A DNA stretch of 64,000 nucleotides. Source: a virus (lineage: Duplodnaviria > Heunggongvirae > Uroviricota > Caudoviricetes). Made by a program: the position numbers and the translations under genes. Positions 58,777-64,000 of this stretch are shown in pieces. Below the pieces are notes generated by a model that saw nothing but the letters and a program-made list of their open reading frames with translations, did not search any database and was not told the DNA's origin. How positions within the stretch are numbered: the first letter of the stretch is position 1; the number at the start of each line of letters is the position of its first letter. Location of the stretch: IMG/VR virus record IMGVR_UViG_3300017655_000275; one strand, 5' to 3'.

Positions 58777-59790
58777 ATGTTTGACATAGCAAAATCTTTG
58801 ACCGGCAGGACAATCCTGACAGGAGACCGTCCGACCGGCCCCCTTCATCTCGGCCATCTCACGGGATCCCTGATGTCCAGGGTCAAGCTGCAGGACCGCA
58901 ATCGACAGACGGTGCTTGTCGCCGACCTGCAAGCCCTGACGGACAATGCCGGAAATCCGTCCAGGGTAAGCGACAATGTCATGGAAGTCATGCTCGACTA
59001 CCTCGCGGTTGGCATCGATCCTTCGAAGACATGTTTCGCACGGCAATCGGGTTTGCCGGCCCTCGCCGAATTGACTGTCCTCTATATGAACCTCGTCACG
59101 CTCCCCCGGCTGATGCGAAACCCGACAATCCGGAGCGAGGTCGAATCCCGCGGTTTCGGCGAGGGCATTCCCGCAGGTTTTCTTTGCTATCCCGTCAGCC
59201 AGGCCGCGGACATCACCGCATTCGGCGCCGATCTCGTCCCTGCCGGAGCCGATCAGGCACCAATCATCGAACAGACGAACGACATCGTCACGGCAATCAA
59301 CCGGCTGGCAGGTGGAGAGGTCCTCCGGCCGGTGGTCCTGTTTGATGGTGCCGCGCCGAGACTCCCTGGAATCGACGGGCAGGGCAAGATGTCGAAATCC
59401 GCAGGGAATGCTATTTTCATCAAGGACAGCCCCGACGAGATCCGCCGCAAGGTCATGATGATGTTCACCGACCCTGGTCATCTGAGAGTCTCCGATCCCG
59501 GCCGCGTGGAAGGAAATGTCGTCTTCGCGATGCTCGATGCGTTTGATCCCGACCAGGGGGAGCTCGAGACATTGAAGGAGCATTATCGGGCCGGCGGGCT
59601 TGGCGACATGGTCCTGAAGCGCCGGCTCGATGCAATCCTGCAGGAACTCCTCAGGCCGATCCGCGAACGCCGCGAGATGCACGCCGGAGATATGGATCAG
59701 GTGAGAAGGCTGCTCGAGCAGGGGACGGAGGAGGCGCGCATCGTCACCGGCCAGACGCTCTCGAAGGTGAGATCGGCCTTCATGCTCTGA
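58777..59790 (+). CDS. trpS: Tryptophanyl-tRNA synthetase (auxiliary/TrpRS II-like)
   Basis: TGDRPTGPLHLGH, YPVSQAADI, VPAGADQ, KMSKS. Confidence 0.96.
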   Translation: MFDIAKSLTGRTILTGDRPTGPLHLGHLTGSLMSRVKLQDRNRQTVLVADLQALTDNAGNPSRVSDNVMEVMLDYLAVGIDPSKTCFARQSGLPALAELTVLYMNLVTLPRLMRNPTIRSEVESRGFGEGIPAGFLCYPVSQAADITAFGADLVPAGADQAPIIEQTNDIVTAINRLAGGEVLRPVVLFDGAAPRLPGIDGQGKMSKSAGNAIFIKDSPDEIRRKVMMMFTDPGHLRVSDPGRVEGNVVFAMLDAFDPDQGELETLKEHYRAGGLGDMVLKRRLDAILQELLRPIRERREMHAGDMDQVRRLLEQGTEEARIVTGQTLSKVRSAFML

Positions 59791-59898
59791 ATCTCGATTC
59801 AAGGTATTGTGCCTGCGATATTTTCGCGGGCACATCTTGACATTTTCAGTGATTCGAATAGCATTTAACCCTACAAATTTGTATGGCAAAGTGAGACC

Positions 59899-60798
59899 AT
59901 GAAGCGCACACACGCATCCCCGTTCCAGCTCCGCAAATGGTCTGATCTTGGTCACGTCGCCTTTATCGACGCCCTGACTTCCACGGCCCCTCTCACCGCC
60001 GACCAACTCGCTTTCCATGGAGGAACCTCCCTGCATCTGAGCTGGAAAAGTCCTCGTTTCTCGGAGGATCTCGATTTCCTCCTGGCACGTGGATCGGCAA
60101 AGAAGATCAAGACGATCATGCCCAAGGTCCTTCGCCGGCTGAAGGAAACCCTACATGGGGAAGATCCCGATCTGAAGGTCGAAATCCGCGACAAGACCCG
60201 GGAAGGCTCGCGTCTGCTGAACTTCCTGGTCGTCATCGAACACCCTCACTTCATCGGCAATGTCAAGGTGAAGGCCGAGTTCTGGCAAGTCGAGGAGGAC
60301 TACCTCAAGGCTTATGAGACCAAGTTCACCTATCCATCCAGCGCCGGCGACATGATCTCGCGCGTGACGCAGCCACTGCCAGCTGCGACATTGTCGTCGG
60401 CCTATGCCGACAAGATCACGGCTTTCGCGACCAGGCCACATCTGAAATGGCGGGATATCTATGATCTCTGGTGGATTGGATCCCAGATCAAGATCGATGT
60501 TCCGAGGATGGCCGATCGCTTCCTTCATCACGTGAAGGGGTATAACACGGTTGAGGGGCTGCCCCCCGCCGGTGCATTGCGCCATTTCCTCAAGCGTTCA
60601 GATGAGGAGATGATCTCCGTCGCGGATCCGGATATCAGGAAGTGGCTGCCCCCTGACCACTGGAACCGGCTGGAAGGTAGTGGCGTCGAGCAGATGGTGA
60701 AGGAAGTCAGGCGTGCCCTGACCGTTATCGCAGAAGCGGTCGAGGACAAGGGAATGGTCAACGGCAAGGATGACGCGGATGAACGTATCGAGCCTTGA
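59899..60798 (+). CDS. AbiEii/AbiGii-family nucleotidyltransferase toxin
   Basis: AFHGGTSL...RFSEDLDF; DKITA...RDIYDL. Confidence 0.88.
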   Translation: MKRTHASPFQLRKWSDLGHVAFIDALTSTAPLTADQLAFHGGTSLHLSWKSPRFSEDLDFLLARGSAKKIKTIMPKVLRRLKETLHGEDPDLKVEIRDKTREGSRLLNFLVVIEHPHFIGNVKVKAEFWQVEEDYLKAYETKFTYPSSAGDMISRVTQPLPAATLSSAYADKITAFATRPHLKWRDIYDLWWIGSQIKIDVPRMADRFLHHVKGYNTVEGLPPAGALRHFLKRSDEEMISVADPDIRKWLPPDHWNRLEGSGVEQMVKEVRRALTVIAEAVEDKGMVNGKDDADERIEP

Positions 60799-61390
60799 CC
60801 GGCTGCGTGAACTTCCTGAAGTCTTTACCCTCGGAACAGCCTCGTCGATGTTCGGATGGGACGGGAAGACCGCCTCCCATTACATCGCCCGGTGGAAGAA
60901 GCAGGGCTTCGTTTCCTCCCTTGGCGAACGGACCTCGGTTCATTTCAACCTCTTCAAGAACCCGGAGGCCGCAGAGGAAAGGTTGCTCGACGCGGTCAAG
61001 TTCCTGTTCCCGGGTGCCGTCGTTACCGGAGCAAGCGCGCTCCATTTCGCCGGCGTGACCACTCAGATTCCCAGGAGCATCGAGATCGCCATCCCGACTC
61101 GACCCTCTTACCCCAAAATCCCAGGGATCGAGATCACGACGCGTCCGCGCGCCTGGTTCAGCAAGATGAAGGATCACCTCGTCCGCGATGGAATCCTGCC
61201 GCGGCTGAGCGCGGAATATGCCCTGGCGGACGATTGGCAGCGAGATGGATGGAGGCCCGACCCCGACGATATCGAATGGGATGAGATCCAGACCGACATC
61301 GCCAGGACAGCCTTCACCGAACTGGAAGAGGAGTTCCCCGAAGCCTGGGAAGAATGGCTTGAAAATGAAGAGGATCGCCTTCGTTGGTAG
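60779..61390 (+). CDS. AbiEi-like antitoxin/transcriptional regulator
   Basis: N-terminal wHTH-like region; SALHFAGVTTQIP; overlaps the toxin stop. Confidence 0.65.
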   Translation: MNVSSLDRLRELPEVFTLGTASSMFGWDGKTASHYIARWKKQGFVSSLGERTSVHFNLFKNPEAAEERLLDAVKFLFPGAVVTGASALHFAGVTTQIPRSIEIAIPTRPSYPKIPGIEITTRPRAWFSKMKDHLVRDGILPRLSAEYALADDWQRDGWRPDPDDIEWDEIQTDIARTAFTELEEEFPEAWEEWLENEEDRLRW

Positions 61391-61436
61391 TTGGTTTTTC
61401 TTCCCGTCGCCATAGCTCATGGAGACATGAGGCCTG

Positions 61437-61895
61437 ATGGAGGAAAAGATGAACATAAGTGAATATGCTGGGCAGCTTCAGGGGATGTTCCAGGATGGCT
61501 CCCGCGAGGCAGTTCATCATGGCGGGAAAGTGCGCGTGCTCTCCGATGATGCGCCGGATTGGCTTCGCGATCTCTGCTATCGCGGTGAGGGCGTGACGAC
61601 TTCCGATTTCCACATCGAGGCGGTCGAAGCCATGATCGATGCCATCTCAGATGGGGATATCGAGCCAGAGCCAGCCCTTACCCAGGCACACTCACGCGCC
61701 GGATATCTCGCGCTTGCTCATGACCGTGACCTGCAGGCCGAGGTCGACCGTCTCCTTGAGGAAGGCGTCACAAAGCCGCTGTCGCAGCTGATCGGCGATG
61801 CGGCGACAGCGGTCATGAATGACATCTTCACCGATGTCTGGAGTGAAATGCAGGCGAACCTGCCCGAGCCGGACGAGGACGGAATCGAGCCCTGA
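61437..61895 (+). CDS. Hypothetical acidic protein
   Basis: ORF with GAGG RBS. Confidence 0.7.
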   Translation: MEEKMNISEYAGQLQGMFQDGSREAVHHGGKVRVLSDDAPDWLRDLCYRGEGVTTSDFHIEAVEAMIDAISDGDIEPEPALTQAHSRAGYLALAHDRDLQAEVDRLLEEGVTKPLSQLIGDAATAVMNDIFTDVWSEMQANLPEPDEDGIEP

Positions 61896-61957
61896 ACCAA
61901 CCGGAAATTCCGGATGGTTGGGGCAATGAAGCAGCCGGCAACGCCGGCCGCTTCAAT

Positions 61958-62308
61958 TTACATCGAGCATTCTTTCGAGGCAGTTTCCTGACCGACTGGC
62001 GCAACGCCGATCCCCTCCAGCAGGACAAGCACCTCCGAGGCCTTTTCCTTCGGAAGTCTCAGGACGATGACGACATCACGCTCGTCGAGCCCGGCCCATT
62101 CCTCATAAACTTCCTGGAAGGGGCGCGTCGTCTTGTCGTCCGGATAGTGAACCCATCCAAGCCGCGACAGGTCCATCACCGCATCCGGTTGCAGGATGAA
62201 CTCGCCATAATCGTCCTCGATCTCGTATTCCGCATCCTCGTGCCAGCAACCCTGCGGCCAATGGTTCTTGTAGAATTCCTTGAATTCAGCGCCCGTGATC
62301 GTCTTCAT
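61958..62308 (-). CDS. Hypothetical protein
   Basis: Start MKTIT behind GAGGAG. Confidence 0.65.
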   Translation of the reverse strand: MKTITGAEFKEFYKNHWPQGCWHEDAEYEIEDDYGEFILQPDAVMDLSRLGWVHYPDDKTTRPFQEVYEEWAGLDERDVVIVLRLPKEKASEVLVLLEGIGVAPVGQETASKECSM

Positions 62309-62421
62309 TGAAAGGCTCCTCTGTTGTTGCGAAAATACGATTAACGGTAGCTCAAAGCAATACGGACTTCCTCTTTTCACATGCGTGGTCCAGCTGGGAA
62401 TCGAGATAAAGGGAGGAAGAG

Positions 62422-62874
62422 ATGCCAGGAACCGGAGACAGCAAGATGCGTGCATTCGCCCGCAGGATCTCGCGCCAGTTCGGTGGGATGCAGAACAATG
62501 CTTCCGTTCGCGCGCTCGACCCGGTGCATCGCAAGATCAATGAGCGTGCCGAAATGCAGGAAGAGATCTCCCGCTATGGCAGACTGCTGACCGAGCGGGG
62601 AGATCTGGATGCTGAAACCGGCCAGGTCAGGATGGGCTTCATCATCGACAGCACCGATTGCGATCACACGAACTCGGTCTACGGCCGCGTCGAGCTTTTC
62701 CAGTCCGCAACAGAGCTGCGCGACTGGATAGACAGCAGATATGAGGATGCGGAGGGGCCGATTTCCGTTCGGATCGTTCCGGTTCAGGAAGCCTTGGAAT
62801 TCGAGGCCAGGACCAGGGACTACGGGCTCGAGGCTTTCGAGAACGGACACCCTCATTCGATCCGTTACGAATGA
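62422..62874 (+). CDS. Hypothetical protein
   Basis: GGGAGGA RBS; stop codon overlaps the IS right end. Confidence 0.7.
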   Translation: MPGTGDSKMRAFARRISRQFGGMQNNASVRALDPVHRKINERAEMQEEISRYGRLLTERGDLDAETGQVRMGFIIDSTDCDHTNSVYGRVELFQSATELRDWIDSRYEDAEGPISVRIVPVQEALEFEARTRDYGLEAFENGHPHSIRYE

Positions 62875-63080
62875 CACTCCCAAACCAGTGAACTGGTCGG
62901 GTTTCTTTTCCTGTGCCTAACCGCTGACGCGGCATGGAGCTTGCGCTCCCCGCAGGGTCTTGCGACCTGGCGGTGCCGATAGGGCAGGTTTGGAGAAAGC
63001 TTCAGACCGCAGGTCGATGACCTCAGCGGTGGGGCCCGTGTCTGGGCGAATACTGCTTGCAGGGCGCGGCTTGCGCAGCG
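62872..63080 (-). ncRNA. Predicted omega/reRNA scaffold overlapping the tnpB 3' end (boundaries approximate)
   Basis: Established property of TnpB loci; structured right end present. Confidence 0.5.
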
Positions 63081-63999
63081 GCCCCGGGCGCAGATACGTC
63101 ACATCGGAACGACGCGGAAAGGTGACTTTGGTGCCATAGGCAATGCGGTGCATGTTCACCGCCCCGACCACATCGCGGTGGCCTCGGAAGCCGCAGTCCG
63201 GGCAGCGCCATTCGCGCCCCCTGACCTTGCGGCGGCGCCGGCATTCAGGACAATGGGATGACGTTCCACGCTCGTCCCCATTGGAGCACTGAATGCCGGC
63301 TTTATTCGCTTTCTCGGTGAGGTATCGGATATCCGCGCCCATCTCCCATTGCGAGGTCATGCGGTTCTGCTTGCGCCCGCTTCCGCTCTGAACCCCACAT
63401 GGATTGCCGATATAGATCTCGCCGACACCGTGATCGACACACCAGTCGATGACCTTGCGCGTCGCCTTGTGGCGCAGGTCCCGGACCTGGCGCTTGGCCC
63501 GGCTGCGCAACTTGTTCTTGCGCGCCTGGATCTTCTTCCAGCGCCGCGAATACTTCCGGCAGCGCGATTGCCGCCGGGCCAGCTGGCGCATCTTCTTGCC
63601 ACGATGGCGCTTGATTGCCCGGATGCCGCGGCCGCTCATCACCAGGGCATTTCCCGCATCATCGACCACGGCCGAGTGATGGATGATGCCGAGGTCGATC
63701 GTCGCCTGGCCGGTGCCGGGGGCGGACAAGGCCAGCTCGTCCGGCGCGGCAATGTGGAGCTCGTATCCGGGATGGCCCCAGATGATGGTCACGGCGCCAA
63801 TGCGGTCAAGATCGAGATCGAGCCCCTTGAGGACGATCGACTTGCGGCCACGCCCCATCGGCAGCGTCATGCGCCGCCGTTCGGCGTCGTAGTTTACCGC
63901 CTGGGCCGGCCAGGCCAGCGGCTGGAATGATTTTTCGCGCCACGGCAGCTTCAGCCATTTCCGCGTGCCCGGCTCCTTGCGCCGCCGTGTCATCGTCGC
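62917..63999 (-). CDS. tnpB: TnpB RNA-guided nuclease family protein, 5' truncated by window
   Basis: RuvC-I IDLG, CPEC...CPDC zinc finger, RuvC-III HRDVVGAVNM. Confidence 0.93.
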   Translation of the reverse strand, partial: ATMTRRRKEPGTRKWLKLPWREKSFQPLAWPAQAVNYDAERRRMTLPMGRGRKSIVLKGLDLDLDRIGAVTIIWGHPGYELHIAAPDELALSAPGTGQATIDLGIIHHSAVVDDAGNALVMSGRGIRAIKRHRGKKMRQLARRQSRCRKYSRRWKKIQARKNKLRSRAKRQVRDLRHKATRKVIDWCVDHGVGEIYIGNPCGVQSGSGRKQNRMTSQWEMGADIRYLTEKANKAGIQCSNGDERGTSSHCPECRRRRKVRGREWRCPDCGFRGHRDVVGAVNMHRIAYGTKVTFPRRSDVTYLRPGPLRKPRPASSIRPDTGPTAEVIDLRSEAFSKPALSAPPGRKTLRGAQAPCRVSG

Positions 64000-64000
64000 A

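Larger units (their letters stand above)
62872..64000 (-). mobile_element. IS200/IS605-family element (right end plus tnpB), continuing past the window
   Basis: Right-end hairpin CCCGACCAG-TTCA-CTGGTTTGGG followed by AGTGTCA; tnpB upstream. Confidence 0.85.

Overview
This looks like 64 kb of accessory DNA from a large mobile or extrachromosomal replicon of an alphaproteobacterium. SmpB, PncB and IbpA look Rhodobacterales-like; no virion, rRNA or tRNA genes were recognised. (1) Defence block, 2.6-16.8 kb: an adaptation-less type I-F CRISPR operon (cas8f-cas5f-cas7f-cas6f-cas3, no cas1, no Cas2 domain) followed by a one-spacer mini-array with its own sigma70 promoter and terminator. The array's 15-bp hairpin core also recurs inside cas8f. 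An orphan amino-methyltransferase and a Wadjet/MksBEFG-like SMC operon converge on it. (2) A complete deamidating NAD+ salvage set: pncB, pncA, an NDT-like gene, nudF and nadM-like in one cluster, plus nadE about 28 kb away. nadE and pncB share a 28-bp operator overlapping their promoters. NAD+ consumers in the same window are a WGR-HD-ART PARP and LigA. (3) Extra thrS and trpS, each behind a leaderless Thr- or Trp-rich leader peptide with attenuator hairpins, plus smpB. (4) DNA repair and proteostasis genes: a Y-family polymerase fragment, dnaQ, ligA, ftsH, and ibpA with a ROSE element. (5) Many hypothetical proteins with shared or internally repeated unknown domains, an AbiE-type toxin-antitoxin pair, a candidate sRNA and a TnpB element at the right edge. 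All protein assignments come from motif recognition by eye; no database searches were run.
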